From Bradymonadia bacterium (GTDB lineage Bacteria; Myxococcota_A; Bradymonadia; REDH01): a DNA stretch of 50,699 bases. Both the position numbers and the translations under genes were made by a program. Of the stretch, positions 1 through 10,126 are shown one piece after another. The number at the start of each line of letters is the position of its first letter. Positions within the stretch are counted from its first letter, which is position 1. The notes below the pieces were generated by a model that worked only from the letters and a program-made list of their open reading frames with translations, had not been told where the DNA came from and ran no database searches. The stretch is taken from NCBI GenBank assembly GCA_047610025.1, contig JBLFZA010000002.1, positions 1 through 50,699 on the forward strand. The letters run 5' to 3'.

Positions 1-488
1 GCCGCATGACACATCGCCATCGCCTCCGCCGCGGCCGTCCCTTCGTCGAGCAAGCTCGCGCCGGCGAGCGGGAGCCCTGTCAGGTCAGAGACGACGGTCT
101 GAAAGTTGATCAGCGCTTCGAGGCGACCCTGCGAGATCTCGGCCTGGTATGGGGTGTATTGCGTGTACCAGCCCGGATTCTCCAAGATCGAGCGCTGGAT
201 CACGGCGGGAGTGATGCAGTCGTGGTAGCCCATTCCGATGAGCGAGCGAGCCACGATGTTCTCGCTGGCGAGCTCCGCCATGTGCGTGAGTGCATCCGCC
301 TCGGTCAGCGCCTCTGGCAGCTGAAGGGCTGAGGCCATGCGGATCGGTGCCGGAACGGTCGCATCGATCAGGGCATCGACACTCGCTGACCCAATAGTCG
401 ACAGCATGTCAGCGACCTGTTCGTCGCGGGGTCCAATGTGCCGATCCACGAAGCGATCGGAGCGTTCCAGTGTGGCTCGAACAGACAT
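1..488 (-). CDS. gcvP: Glycine dehydrogenase (decarboxylating), P-protein; 5' part, runs off the window edge
   Basis: Manual translation of the minus strand gives [20 protein letters not shown]...SLIGMGY...[31 protein letters not shown]...[24 protein letters not shown] lies upstream of the ATG at 488. Confidence 0.95.
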   Translation of the reverse strand, partial: MSVRATLERSDRFVDRHIGPRDEQVADMLSTIGSASVDALIDATVPAPIRMASALQLPEALTEADALTHMAELASENIVARSLIGMGYHDCITPAVIQRSILENPGWYTQYTPYQAEISQGRLEALINFQTVVSDLTGLPLAGASLLDEGTAAAEAMAMCHA

Positions 489-650
489 CGTCGTCTCCTG
501 CTGAATGCGGCTCGGACCTGCGCCGAGCAGCGCGCGTCGCCGCGCGCGAGGCTCCTGTAGCGCCGGAACTGCGATTCCGCCACCGAGAAGCGCGCATTCT
601 AAGGGCGCTCGTGCTACGCGAGCCACTCCCTCTTCGATTCGAGCCCCGAT

Positions 651-1031
651 ATGTTTTCGTTTCAGTTCTACAAAGTCGTTCACATCCTAGGCGTGCTGCT
701 CATGTTTATGGCGCTCGGCGGCGCCGCATTTCACAGCGCGACGGGCGGCGACAAGACAACAAACCCGCTTCGCAAGATGGTGGCCTCGACTCATGGCACC
801 GCACTGCTGGTGATCTTCATCGCAGGATTCGGCGCGGCTGGCGTCGGTGGCTTCATGGGCGGGGAGAACGGGTTCCCATTGTGGATCGCGGCGAAGATCG
901 TTCTCTGGCTGGTTTTTGGCGCGCTGATTGTGCCGCTCAACAAGGCCAAAGGCTCAGGCAAGATACTCTGGTACGCGATGCCCGTGCTCGGCGCGATCAG
1001 CGCGTGGCTGGCGATCTATAAGCCCTTCTAA
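651..1031 (+). CDS. Small 4-TM membrane protein (SirB2/DUF-like)
   Basis: 126 aa with four hydrophobic segments; motifs [10 protein letters not shown] and C-terminal KPF. Confidence 0.75.
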   Translation: MFSFQFYKVVHILGVLLMFMALGGAAFHSATGGDKTTNPLRKMVASTHGTALLVIFIAGFGAAGVGGFMGGENGFPLWIAAKIVLWLVFGALIVPLNKAKGSGKILWYAMPVLGAISAWLAIYKPF

Positions 1032-1118
1032 GAGCAAGAGCGCTGCACAGCGCGTTCCCAGTCGCTGAACGCAGCACTCCATGCGAGACTCTTCACGCAA
1101 CCGCGGCGGTGCTTCGCG

Positions 1119-3197
1119 CTACGCCGCGAGAAAGCTCGACACTCCGAGCGTGGCTTGCGCCTCTGCACCCTGCGCGCAGTGCATGACCGTCCCTGCCGGG
1201 AATCGGAAGACAAACGTGGTCCCTGTGCCGCGAGTACTTGAGACATCAACGGTACCGCCCAGACGCTCGACCGCGGTTCGCACCGCGCTCAAGCCCACCC
1301 CACGGCCACTCGTCTCGGTCACGTCCACCACGGTCGATAAGCCGGACGTGAACAACGCCGTTGTGCGCGCGTCGCTTGAACTCACGTCGACGCCCCGGTT
1401 CACAGCCGAGTCGCGTACCGCCTGCCAGTCGATCCCGCGGCCGTCGTCCGCAAAAGTGAGCACGAACTCAGCGTCGTTGAGCTCGCCAAACAACCTCAGC
1501 GTCGCCAGGCTTGGCTTGCCTGATGCGGAGCGCTCGGCTGCCGCCTCCACGCCGTGATCAAGCGCGTTCCGTGCGAGGTGTACCGACGCCGCCCAGAATT
1601 CGTCCCACCCTTCGGCGACGAAGCGGTAAGGACCAGAATCCGCGTGTACTCGAACGTTCGGCTTCTGCAGCTGCGTTGCGGCGCGTACACACATCTTCCG
1701 CCAGCGCGCAAACACCGTCGCTGACGTCTCGTACGTCCAAGCCCGAAGCACGCCCGCGGCGTCTGGAGCGCGCTCGTCGACGCTGTCGGCGAGCGCACGG
1801 AGGCATCCGCGTTTTACGTCCACATGATCGCTCCCTAGTGTCATCACGACCGGCCGAACATGACCGATCGCTCGGCTCCACGATGCCCGCAGTTTGACGA
1901 GGTTGCCGTACAGAAGCTGGCCACCGGAGCGCTGCATATGCTCCTCCACGCGATGGCAGACCGTCGCGACCGACGGCAACCCGAATACGCTCACATTTCC
2001 CTTGAGGGTGTGCAGCATCGACGCGCGCTCGCTATCGTATTCCGGTCGACCAAGCGCGACCAACATCGCCTCAACATCCTCGATGAAACGGAGCGTTCCG
2101 CGGCGGTCTTCGGCGAGATGGGTGAACAGGGAGATCCGCTCTTCTTGCGCGGCGCGCTCGCGTCGGCCTGCGAGCTCCGCGCTCACATCACTCGCGATTA
2201 ACAACAGGTGTTTTTCGCCGCCCACAATGAGCGGCACCCAGCTCAGTGCGAGTTGCCAAGTATCCAGCGTCAACTCTCGCGGGAGCTGATCAACGATGAG
2301 TTCGACCGGTAGCTCGTCGTCACGCAGCGCGTCGAGGCCGAGTGCCAGCTCCGCTGCGCGCAGCTCATCGTGCTCGTCCAGCAGCTCCAGAAACGACGCC
2401 GACACGTCAATGTCTCCAAACCACGTCGTCGCGGCCCGTGACGCGGCTCCGCGCACAATTCCGTGGATATCGATCAAGACGAGCCCGTCATCGAGATGAT
2501 CGAACATCGCCTGCTGCAGCAACGCTTGTTGCTCAAGCGACGCAGACGCGACGTCGAGCGACTGTGTTCGCTCATCGACGTTCGCTTCCAATTCCCGATA
2601 CGCCCGTCGTAATCGAAAGCCGAGCGCGCACGCGCCGAGCAGAGCGAAGGTGGCAATGACGGAGGTCGCGATATGTCGATGCGCCCGGCTGGAGCTTGTG
2701 ATTGTTAGTCGGTCGTCCAGCGCCTCAATCAACGCGATCGCCGGCGAGTCGCTCGTTCGGCGCGCGGTGAGCCCGACGACCCTATCGAGCTCTCGAAGCT
2801 CTTCCGTTCCACCGCCGGCTCCCTGTGCAGCGCGGAGGCGATCGCCGAGTAGAGCAAGCTCCGCGGTGTCGAGCCGGTACGCGCGTTCGACCTCTTCGAC
2901 AAGCGCGTGCAGTGCGAAGTCGCTAGGCCAGTGACCATCGACCGCGCGCGCAATTTGTTCGAGCGCCACGTGTCGAGACAGCGCTTTCGCCTCCACCTCC
3001 GCGAGGTCGGTCGCGAGGTCCAGCCGTGCTTCGAGGATCGAGCGGCGTAGGGCCTCATCTGTGGCCTGAAGCTCCCGCGCATTGACCGCGACGATCGCTT
3101 CGCTCTCCGCGGAGAGCGAAGCCTCGCCAGGCGCGGACGCAAGCAGGGTCGCTACGGCGGCAAGAACGGCGATGATGAGCAGAACAGTGCTGCGCAC
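1119..3197 (-). CDS. Membrane-anchored CheA-like histidine kinase (sensor, PAS-like, Hpt, HATPase; no CheW domain)
   Basis: Two TM segments flank a helical region. Hpt motif LHTLKGN; N-box HLARNALDHG; G1 DDGRGID; F/G2 boxes LFTSGLST and SGRGVGL. Start set at GTG 3197 (uncertain) because the longer ORF overlaps the next gene. Confidence 0.85.
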   Translation of the reverse strand: MRSTVLLIIAVLAAVATLLASAPGEASLSAESEAIVAVNARELQATDEALRRSILEARLDLATDLAEVEAKALSRHVALEQIARAVDGHWPSDFALHALVEEVERAYRLDTAELALLGDRLRAAQGAGGGTEELRELDRVVGLTARRTSDSPAIALIEALDDRLTITSSSRAHRHIATSVIATFALLGACALGFRLRRAYRELEANVDERTQSLDVASASLEQQALLQQAMFDHLDDGLVLIDIHGIVRGAASRAATTWFGDIDVSASFLELLDEHDELRAAELALGLDALRDDELPVELIVDQLPRELTLDTWQLALSWVPLIVGGEKHLLLIASDVSAELAGRRERAAQEERISLFTHLAEDRRGTLRFIEDVEAMLVALGRPEYDSERASMLHTLKGNVSVFGLPSVATVCHRVEEHMQRSGGQLLYGNLVKLRASWSRAIGHVRPVVMTLGSDHVDVKRGCLRALADSVDERAPDAAGVLRAWTYETSATVFARWRKMCVRAATQLQKPNVRVHADSGPYRFVAEGWDEFWAASVHLARNALDHGVEAAAERSASGKPSLATLRLFGELNDAEFVLTFADDGRGIDWQAVRDSAVNRGVDVSSSDARTTALFTSGLSTVVDVTETSGRGVGLSAVRTAVERLGGTVDVSSTRGTGTTFVFRFPAGTVMHCAQGAEAQATLGVSSFLAA

Positions 3198-3336
3198 GGG
3201 GACTCGGGGGAGACGGATAGACCTGCTCTTTGCTATCGTCCCAATCCTACGCTGCCTTGAGCCCCAGCGCCGATCGCTGAGCTCACGGCACGCATCACGC
3301 TCGCTCCCTTCAAAGCGGATTGGATGCCCGCAATGG

Positions 3337-5124
3337 CTAGGAGGCGGCCTCTTGCTGCTGCAGTCGCCACATTTCGGCGTACTGCCCATCGCGCTCAAGT
3401 AACGCTCCGTGGGTCCCGCGCTCCACGACAACACCGTGTTCGAGAACCACGATCTCGTCCGCGTCGACCACCGTCGACAGACGGTGAGCGATCACCAGGC
3501 TCGTCCGCGTTCCAGCGAGACGATTGATCGCACCCAAAATGGCCTGCTCGCTGATCGAGTCGAGGGAGGACGTTGCCTCATCGAAGATCATTATCCGTGG
3601 GTTCTTCAGCACCGCGCGCGCGATCGCGACGCGTTGCTTCTCCCCGCCCGAGAGCTTGAGGCCTCTCTCTCCAACGACCGTGTCGTATCCGTCCGGCAGG
3701 CGTTCGATGAAGGACGAGAGCTGCGCCAAATCGGCGGCCGCGCGCACTTCCTCGTCGGTCGCATCGAGCCGTCCATAACGGATGTTGTAGCCCAAGGTGT
3801 CGTTGAACAGCACCGTGTCTTGAGGCACGATCCCGATCGCGGAGCGGAGCGAGCCTTGGTCAACCTCGCGAATGTCTTGGCCGTCGATCCGGATCTCGCC
3901 AGAGGAGATGTCGTAGAAGCGGTAGAGCAAACGCGCGAGCGTGGATTTGCCGGAGCCGCTGGGCCCGACAATCGCGAGCTTGGACCCCGCGGGCACGTTC
4001 AACGTTACCCCGTGCAGGATTTGGCGTTCAGGGTCGTAAGAGAAGTCCACGTCTTCGAAGACGACGGCGGCGTCCCCCACGACCAACGGCCCCGCGTCAG
4101 GGATGTCCACAACCTCCGACTTGCGCTCCAACAGACCGAAGAGGCGCTCCATGTCGGTCAGCGCATGCTTAAGCATCGAGTAAATCGTACCCAAGAACCC
4201 CAGCGGCAGAAAGAGCTGCAGCAAGTAGGCGTGGACAGCGACGAGGTCGCCAATACTCATGCTGCCGTCCGCAACGCCGCTCGCCGCGAGATACATCGTT
4301 CCGGTCACGCCTAGCGCGATCAGCAGGCCCTGGATTCCGTTTAGCAGTGAGAGGGAGGCCTGTGACTGCACGGCGACATCTTCCCAATTCTGCAACGCAC
4401 CTTGGTATCGCTTGAGTTCGTACTCTTCGTTCCCGAAGTACTTCACGGTCTCGTAGTTGAGGAGTCCGTCGATGGCGTACGAGTTCGCCTCGGAGTCCCA
4501 CCGATTCATCTCCGCGCGGAACTTGATGCGCCAGCGCGTGATACTGAGTGTTGCCACCGCGTAGAGGACAACCGTGACCACGGTCACCGACGCGAATCCC
4601 GCGTTATACTGCGTCAGAAGAATGAGGGCGACGAGCGTCACCTCGATCAGTGTCGGGAGAATGGTGAAGAGCAGGTAATTGAGCAGCGTAGAAACGCTGG
4701 CCGTGCCGCGCCCAATGTCTCTGGCGACCTCGCCGGTTTTGCGTTCAAGATGAAAGCGCAACGACAGGTCATGCAGGTGCCCCACGACCTGCATGGAGAC
4801 TCGCCGTTCGATGCCGTGCCGCACGCGAGCGAACAACGTTGACTGCAGCTCTTTGAACGCTGTGCCAGAGAGGCGCAGAGCGCCGTACGCCAGCACCAGC
4901 GCGACAGGAATGATGGCAAGTGCGCCCGGTTGCACGTCCAGCGAATCGACGACGCGCTTCAGCACCATCGGTACGGTCACCGTGGCGCACTTTGCGACGA
5001 TCAGCAGCACGATCGCAACAGCTGCCCGCCCTCGATACGCGTTTAAGAAGGGCACAAGAGAGCTGAGCATCGTCCAGTCGAGGGGTTTCTCTGCGACCGT
5101 GGTCTGTGGGGCGTGTCTTCTCAT
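3337..5124 (-). CDS. atm1: Atm1/ABCB7-type ABC exporter (fused permease and ATPase)
   Basis: LSLRFHLERKTG, LLNYETVKYFGNE, Walker A GPSGSGKS, VGERGLKLSGGEKQ, IFDEATS. Start taken at ATG 5124. Confidence 0.9.
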   Translation of the reverse strand: MRRHAPQTTVAEKPLDWTMLSSLVPFLNAYRGRAAVAIVLLIVAKCATVTVPMVLKRVVDSLDVQPGALAIIPVALVLAYGALRLSGTAFKELQSTLFARVRHGIERRVSMQVVGHLHDLSLRFHLERKTGEVARDIGRGTASVSTLLNYLLFTILPTLIEVTLVALILLTQYNAGFASVTVVTVVLYAVATLSITRWRIKFRAEMNRWDSEANSYAIDGLLNYETVKYFGNEEYELKRYQGALQNWEDVAVQSQASLSLLNGIQGLLIALGVTGTMYLAASGVADGSMSIGDLVAVHAYLLQLFLPLGFLGTIYSMLKHALTDMERLFGLLERKSEVVDIPDAGPLVVGDAAVVFEDVDFSYDPERQILHGVTLNVPAGSKLAIVGPSGSGKSTLARLLYRFYDISSGEIRIDGQDIREVDQGSLRSAIGIVPQDTVLFNDTLGYNIRYGRLDATDEEVRAAADLAQLSSFIERLPDGYDTVVGERGLKLSGGEKQRVAIARAVLKNPRIMIFDEATSSLDSISEQAILGAINRLAGTRTSLVIAHRLSTVVDADEIVVLEHGVVVERGTHGALLERDGQYAEMWRLQQQEAAS

Positions 5125-5240
5125 CGAGTCGTTGTTTCTCCAGAGTCCGTGCGCTACGGCATGGGCGCGCATACGCGCTGCGGGCGCCAACGGCTAGGGC
5201 CGGGGCTCACGCCACGCCATTCTTTAAGCTCCATAGGCGA

Positions 5241-6224
5241 ATGTCGACGTACTTGGTGACCGGAGCGACGGGCTTTCTCGGACGGGCTCTCGTCAAGTGT
5301 TTGCTGGCGCAGGGCCACGGCGTGCGAGGCTTCGCGCGGAGCGTCGCCGCTGGCTCTGCCGATGTGGAGTGGCGCTCCGGATCCGTACTCGACGAACACG
5401 CGGTGGCCGATGCCTGCGCTGGCGTCGACGGCGTGTTCCACCTTGCGGGACAGGTGGAACACACCCGCCGGCAAGGCTACGCGGCAATGCGTGCCCTCAA
5501 CGTGAGAGGCACCCTCAACGTGCTGCGCGCGACAGACGCGCCTATCGTCGCGGCGAGTACCTCCGGTGTTGTGGCCGTCAGCGCTCACCCCGGTCGTATC
5601 GCCGATGACCAGTCGCCCTACGCCAGCCGGCTGACGATCGATTGGCCTTACTACGCCACGAAGATCGAAGCGGAACGGGCCGCGCGCGACTGGGCCGGTT
5701 CACGCGGAAGAGACGTCACGTTCATTCGGCCGTCGCTGCTTCTTGGCCCTGACGATACGGGCGGAGAATCGACCGCGCTGGTTCATCGCCTATTGGGTTC
5801 TAGGGTCCCCGTAGCGCCAAGTGGCGGGCTGAGTTGGGTGGACGTGCGAGACGTTGCTCTCGTGATGCGCGAGGCCATGCTGAAGACTGACGGAGTGACA
5901 ACGGCCATCGTCACCACGACGAACGAGACCTTTATCGCCTTCTTCGAACGTGTGGCGGCGCTCTCAGGCGTGCCCGCTCCTACTCGACGCCTGCCCTATT
6001 GGCTCGCTCACACCGGAGCCCGACTTGTGACCGCTGTCGGTGGCCTCGTCGGACGGGCCGATCCAGCAATGGACCCGGTAGTCGTCGAGATGACGCGTCA
6101 CTACTGGTACGCAGACGCCGGTGTCGCGTCTGCGTCGTTCGGCTTTCAGCCGCGGCCGGCGGATGACACCCTTCGAGAAACGATCGACTGGCTGAGAGAA
6201 CATGCCGACATTCCAAGAATTTGA
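5241..6224 (+). CDS. NAD-dependent epimerase/dehydratase (extended SDR, HpnA/dihydroflavonol reductase-like)
   Basis: VTGATGFLG, VFHLAG, NVRGT, YxxxK (YYATK), VDVRDVA. Confidence 0.9.
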   Translation: MSTYLVTGATGFLGRALVKCLLAQGHGVRGFARSVAAGSADVEWRSGSVLDEHAVADACAGVDGVFHLAGQVEHTRRQGYAAMRALNVRGTLNVLRATDAPIVAASTSGVVAVSAHPGRIADDQSPYASRLTIDWPYYATKIEAERAARDWAGSRGRDVTFIRPSLLLGPDDTGGESTALVHRLLGSRVPVAPSGGLSWVDVRDVALVMREAMLKTDGVTTAIVTTTNETFIAFFERVAALSGVPAPTRRLPYWLAHTGARLVTAVGGLVGRADPAMDPVVVEMTRHYWYADAGVASASFGFQPRPADDTLRETIDWLREHADIPRI

Positions 6225-6573
6225 GCTCGCTGTAGAGCAGCTGGACCGGGCTTCACGGGCGCTTCGTGAGCGTATGTCGCTCCTCAAGGACGGCTTCGTC
6301 GTCACGCCCATCGTGCGCGCTAGCCTGCTGAGCGCGGCCGACGACGTAGAAGCCGCGTGCGAAGGCCACGTTTGGAGCAAGAAGCCCATCGACATGCTGC
6401 AAGACGAATGGGACGTCGACGCGCTGCGACTGCTGCGAGCCGCCTCGGCAACTGTCTACGGCCGAGCGACAATGCGCGCGAAGGACTTTGGGGATTGGTG
6501 CCGAGATCTCGAGCTCGCGTTGGCGGAGTACACCGTCGCGAAAGAGCGCTTCGACCGGGACGTCGAGCGATGA
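6202..6573 (+). CDS. Hypothetical helical protein
   Basis: 123 aa; overlaps the upstream stop and has an ATGA overlap with the downstream gene, which fits operon coupling. Confidence 0.65.
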   Translation: MPTFQEFELAVEQLDRASRALRERMSLLKDGFVVTPIVRASLLSAADDVEAACEGHVWSKKPIDMLQDEWDVDALRLLRAASATVYGRATMRAKDFGDWCRDLELALAEYTVAKERFDRDVER

Positions 6574-8285
6574 CGGCGCGCCATCTGCGTGTGCTCCGCG
6601 CGTTCGGCACGCAGGCACAGATGGGAGCGCAGCTCGGCGAACAATCTCGGGAGTTCGGCAACGGCCGCTCGCTTGTGGAGTACTACAAGAACCTCCCCCA
6701 GAACCTCACACTCGGTGCCGGCGGCGGGAACTGGGAGGAGCGACTGATCGTCGCCGCTCTCGAGCCCTGGCTGACGCATGCCTGTGGGCGCTTGGAGCAA
6801 GCTCGGCCCGCGGAATACCGTGCACGCTCTCGTGCGTTCCTCGACGTGCTGGACGGCGACGCCGATGGATCGCGATACGCCAACGTCATGGACTTGTTTC
6901 AGAACCTCGTGGGCGTCGCTGGACGGCTGAACCTCGTGCCAAACGGACACCCGCTCGACGGTCTGGCCAAGCGTCGCCAACCACTCCTCTGGCGCACTTC
7001 CCCGCCGCCGGCCTGCACGTCAGCGGTCGTCTGGGGAGATGCCACCGACGACGGACGAATGCTGCACGCGAGGAACTTCGATTTTCCCGGCATCGGCGTC
7101 TGGGACACAGAGCCGACCGTCACATTCTGCTCGCCCAACACCGGGCTCAAGTACGGTTACGTCGGCACACGAGGCGCCGACGTGCCTGGAGTTACGGCAT
7201 TCAATGAGGCGGGCATCGTCGTCACGGCGCACACGAGATTGCACAAGCACGTGCGCTTCGATGGACGGACCCTCGTGGACCTTGGCCACGAGGTCGTGCG
7301 CACCTGCGACGCCATCGACGCGGCCATCGCACTGATCACGTCCACACCGGTCGCGTCGGCTTGGGGCATCTGCATTAGCTCCGCGCGAGAACGACGCGCG
7401 GTTGTGATCGAAACCACAGGCCGCGCCAGCGCCGTGGTTTCACCGGAGCGCTATGGCGTGCTCACCTGCAGCAACTTGAACCGAGATACCGCGCTGCAAC
7501 GAGACGAGATCTGCTTCTGCGCGGGATGGACCGCCAGCTCGAATGGTCGCGAACGTGTCATGCGCCGAGGAATTGAGCGCGAGTGGGGAAGCGTCACTCC
7601 GCAAACGCTCTCTGCGTTGTTGGGAAGTCAGGAGGACCCTGACGTTGAAGGCTACACGCGAACGGCCGGGCCGATTCCGGCGCAAGCCTGCTCCGTGCAG
7701 AGTGTCGTTGTGGACGCTCAAAACCAGCGCATCTGGGTCTCGGTCGGCGCTTGCCCCACCGGGCTGGGGGGCTGGGTGCCTGTGCCCTGGGAATGGGACA
7801 CTGGGGCGACCGCGATCGCGTCGAGTGGTGCTGAAGCAGCGTGCGCACGGGAGGCAGGCGTCATCGCGTACACAGAGGCGACTCGGCTTGCCCAGCTCGC
7901 GTCTCCGGTGTCGAAGATCGCGGACGCGTTAGAAGTCGGCACCTTGCACAACCCGGACGACCCCAGCTTGCTCTTCATGCTCGGAGGAGCAGCGCTGTCA
8001 GCAGGCGAACCGAGTCGAGCCCTTGCGTTCTTCGAACGCGCGCTTGGATCGGAGCGCAACCCCGGCGCAAGGGTCCGACTGCACGCGTGGGCCGCCCGAG
8101 CCGCCGTTCACGTCTCGAGGGACGCCGACGCACGGCGGCATCGCGATGCCGTCGCTGCTGATACCAGCGTCGCCCTCTCCCGCGTACGACACGACGTCCG
8201 ACGAGAACAACGTGCACCGCTCTCGATGTCGAAGCTTCGTCGCACGAAGCTCGCCCTTGAGCTTCTGGATCTGGTCGTCGGCTAG
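6570..8285 (+). CDS. C45-family Ntn hydrolase/acyltransferase with C-terminal TPR-like region
   Basis: Autocleavage motif ACTSAVVWGDATDDGRMLHARNFDF and AFNEAG; TPR-like NPDDPSLLFMLGGAAL...ALAFFERAL. ATGA start at 6570. Confidence 0.85.
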   Translation: MTARHLRVLRAFGTQAQMGAQLGEQSREFGNGRSLVEYYKNLPQNLTLGAGGGNWEERLIVAALEPWLTHACGRLEQARPAEYRARSRAFLDVLDGDADGSRYANVMDLFQNLVGVAGRLNLVPNGHPLDGLAKRRQPLLWRTSPPPACTSAVVWGDATDDGRMLHARNFDFPGIGVWDTEPTVTFCSPNTGLKYGYVGTRGADVPGVTAFNEAGIVVTAHTRLHKHVRFDGRTLVDLGHEVVRTCDAIDAAIALITSTPVASAWGICISSARERRAVVIETTGRASAVVSPERYGVLTCSNLNRDTALQRDEICFCAGWTASSNGRERVMRRGIEREWGSVTPQTLSALLGSQEDPDVEGYTRTAGPIPAQACSVQSVVVDAQNQRIWVSVGACPTGLGGWVPVPWEWDTGATAIASSGAEAACAREAGVIAYTEATRLAQLASPVSKIADALEVGTLHNPDDPSLLFMLGGAALSAGEPSRALAFFERALGSERNPGARVRLHAWAARAAVHVSRDADARRHRDAVAADTSVALSRVRHDVRREQRAPLSMSKLRRTKLALELLDLVVG

Positions 8286-9952
8286 GCGGAGCGCGTCTTG
8301 CGGCGACGAAGAACCATCAGCGCGAGAACGGCGAACCACTGACCTGCCAACACCGGCGCCGCTGCACAGCTACTCGAAGTCCCCGTGGCGGAGACCCCGG
8401 GCTGACGAGTCGGCTCCTCAGAACCCGCGTCTGCTCCCTCGCCTGTACCCTCCGCCGCTCCCGAGCCCTCTGGAGCCTCCGGAGCGCCTGAGAGTTCGCC
8501 ACATTCATACGCCGCCGGGCAGAGACCGCCGCCCGCATCTGGGTTCAGGCAAACATTCTGACCGCTGACCTCGAAGCATCGCGAATCACCGGGGCAGCCC
8601 GCCTCCGAGCAATCGGCTGTACACACCCCACCCTGGCCGAAGTTCAAGCACAGACCTTCGAGGCAGTCGTCATCCACTTCGCAGCTGTTGCACACGTCGC
8701 ATGTGAGCTCCGGCATGATAACTTCTTCTCCGCAGACGAAGGATTCTGCGCAGACGCCGGCTTCTCCCGCGTCATCGTTGAGGCAGAGCCCTCGCGTCGT
8801 TCCTCCGACGGGGATGTCGAAGCATAGAGTGTTCCCTGGGCAGTCCTCTGCCGTCTCACATCCCTGCGTGCAAACGCCACCATCGCCAAAGTTCAGGCAC
8901 TCCAGCGCCACGCCACAATGGGCGTCGTCAGAGCAGCCATTACAGACGGAACAGCTGCCACCGCGGTCGCGATCGTCTTGTGGGTCGCAGACATCTCCGA
9001 GGCCGTCTTCGTCTGCGTCTTCTTGGCTCTCGTTCGCGACGTCCGGGCAGTTGTCGACGGAATCGTCGACGAGGTCGTCGTCGCGATCATTAAGTAGTTC
9101 ACTGACTCCCGATGTGACCCAGAACGGCGCCGTGTAGCCGCCGCGATCTGCGGCCTGCTCTCCGATTGAGCGCATCCAGTCCGAGTTGAAAGAGACATCG
9201 GTGTACGTCGACGACGTGCAGCCTTGGCCCCCACGGGACAGGACGCCAAAGACGCGCAGCTGCGGGTCGAGCGCGGGCCCTCCGGAATCGCCTTGGCACG
9301 TGCCGTCAGAGCCGACGAACTCGCCGTCTTGTACTTGGCCACCGAATTGGTCGCAGTCCGAGCCGTAGCACCGCACTTCGCGGTCAACGAGGATGCGCCG
9401 CGTTCCCGAGCCACCAGCGTCGGAGGTGTTCCCGTAGCCGACCGCGACGTAATCCTCCCCTCGCGTTGCCGGAATATCGATTCGAGGAATGTAGGGCACG
9501 GTTTCCGACGCCGGCACGTTTTGGCTCAAGATGATGAGCGCGATGTCCTCGCTGCAAAGATCGCGGTTCCCTGGCGGAACGAAGACCTCTTCGCCTTGAT
9601 AGAAGTCTCGGCTGCCAAACAGCTGCACGTTGCTCGTCGCAAGGAACCCGTCCGGCGCGTCAATATCGCCGAACTGCGTCTGACCGCAGATGACGAACTG
9701 GGTCGGCACGTCCGCGATGCAATGTTGGGCGGTCAAGACCAGGTTAGGGGCGATCAACGTGCCGGTGCACGATCCGCCGCTGTTCTGGTTGAAGAGACCG
9801 AACACGCTCGTGTTGTTCCGATCGGTCTCACCGCCCGCGATCGGCCCAAGCGCGCGACGCAACACCTGCGCTTCGGGGTCTTCACCAGCGCAGCCGGAGA
9901 ACAAACTGAGGCCGATAACGGCGAGAGAAGCACGGATCAGTGCTGAGTTCAT
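8282..9952 (-). CDS. Secreted trypsin-like (S1) serine protease with TSP3 repeat, Cys-rich repeats and MYXO-CTERM-like anchor
   Basis: Lipobox LFSGC; triad LTAQHC / DIALI / GDSGGP; TSP3-like DNCPDVANESQEDADEDGLGDVCD; C-terminus SSSCAAAP-hydrophobic-RRRK. Confidence 0.9.
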   Translation of the reverse strand: MNSALIRASLAVIGLSLFSGCAGEDPEAQVLRRALGPIAGGETDRNNTSVFGLFNQNSGGSCTGTLIAPNLVLTAQHCIADVPTQFVICGQTQFGDIDAPDGFLATSNVQLFGSRDFYQGEEVFVPPGNRDLCSEDIALIILSQNVPASETVPYIPRIDIPATRGEDYVAVGYGNTSDAGGSGTRRILVDREVRCYGSDCDQFGGQVQDGEFVGSDGTCQGDSGGPALDPQLRVFGVLSRGGQGCTSSTYTDVSFNSDWMRSIGEQAADRGGYTAPFWVTSGVSELLNDRDDDLVDDSVDNCPDVANESQEDADEDGLGDVCDPQDDRDRGGSCSVCNGCSDDAHCGVALECLNFGDGGVCTQGCETAEDCPGNTLCFDIPVGGTTRGLCLNDDAGEAGVCAESFVCGEEVIMPELTCDVCNSCEVDDDCLEGLCLNFGQGGVCTADCSEAGCPGDSRCFEVSGQNVCLNPDAGGGLCPAAYECGELSGAPEAPEGSGAAEGTGEGADAGSEEPTRQPGVSATGTSSSCAAAPVLAGQWFAVLALMVLRRRKTRSA

Positions 9953-10126
9953 AGACGATTCAAGCATGCGGGCGGAGCGGCCCAAGAGGAGCGCGCGAAT
10001 GGACTAGCAGAAGAGCCAATCCGGCGAAAGCGATGGGCCATTTGAGGCAAAGTCACCGCAAGCTAGCGAAGCTCTGGTCTGCCGAAACGCTGACGACAGC
10101 GGCGACTTTGAGCAGCGACACGCCAA

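Noticed and set aside
489-650. Glycine riboswitch upstream of gcvP
   Set aside because: I could not find the GGAGA...CCGAAG...CUCUCAGG aptamer pattern on the minus strand.
3198-3434. N-terminal extension of the CheA-like ORF
   Set aside because: It overlaps the end of the ABC transporter and is not protein-like; the TM segment begins after 3197.
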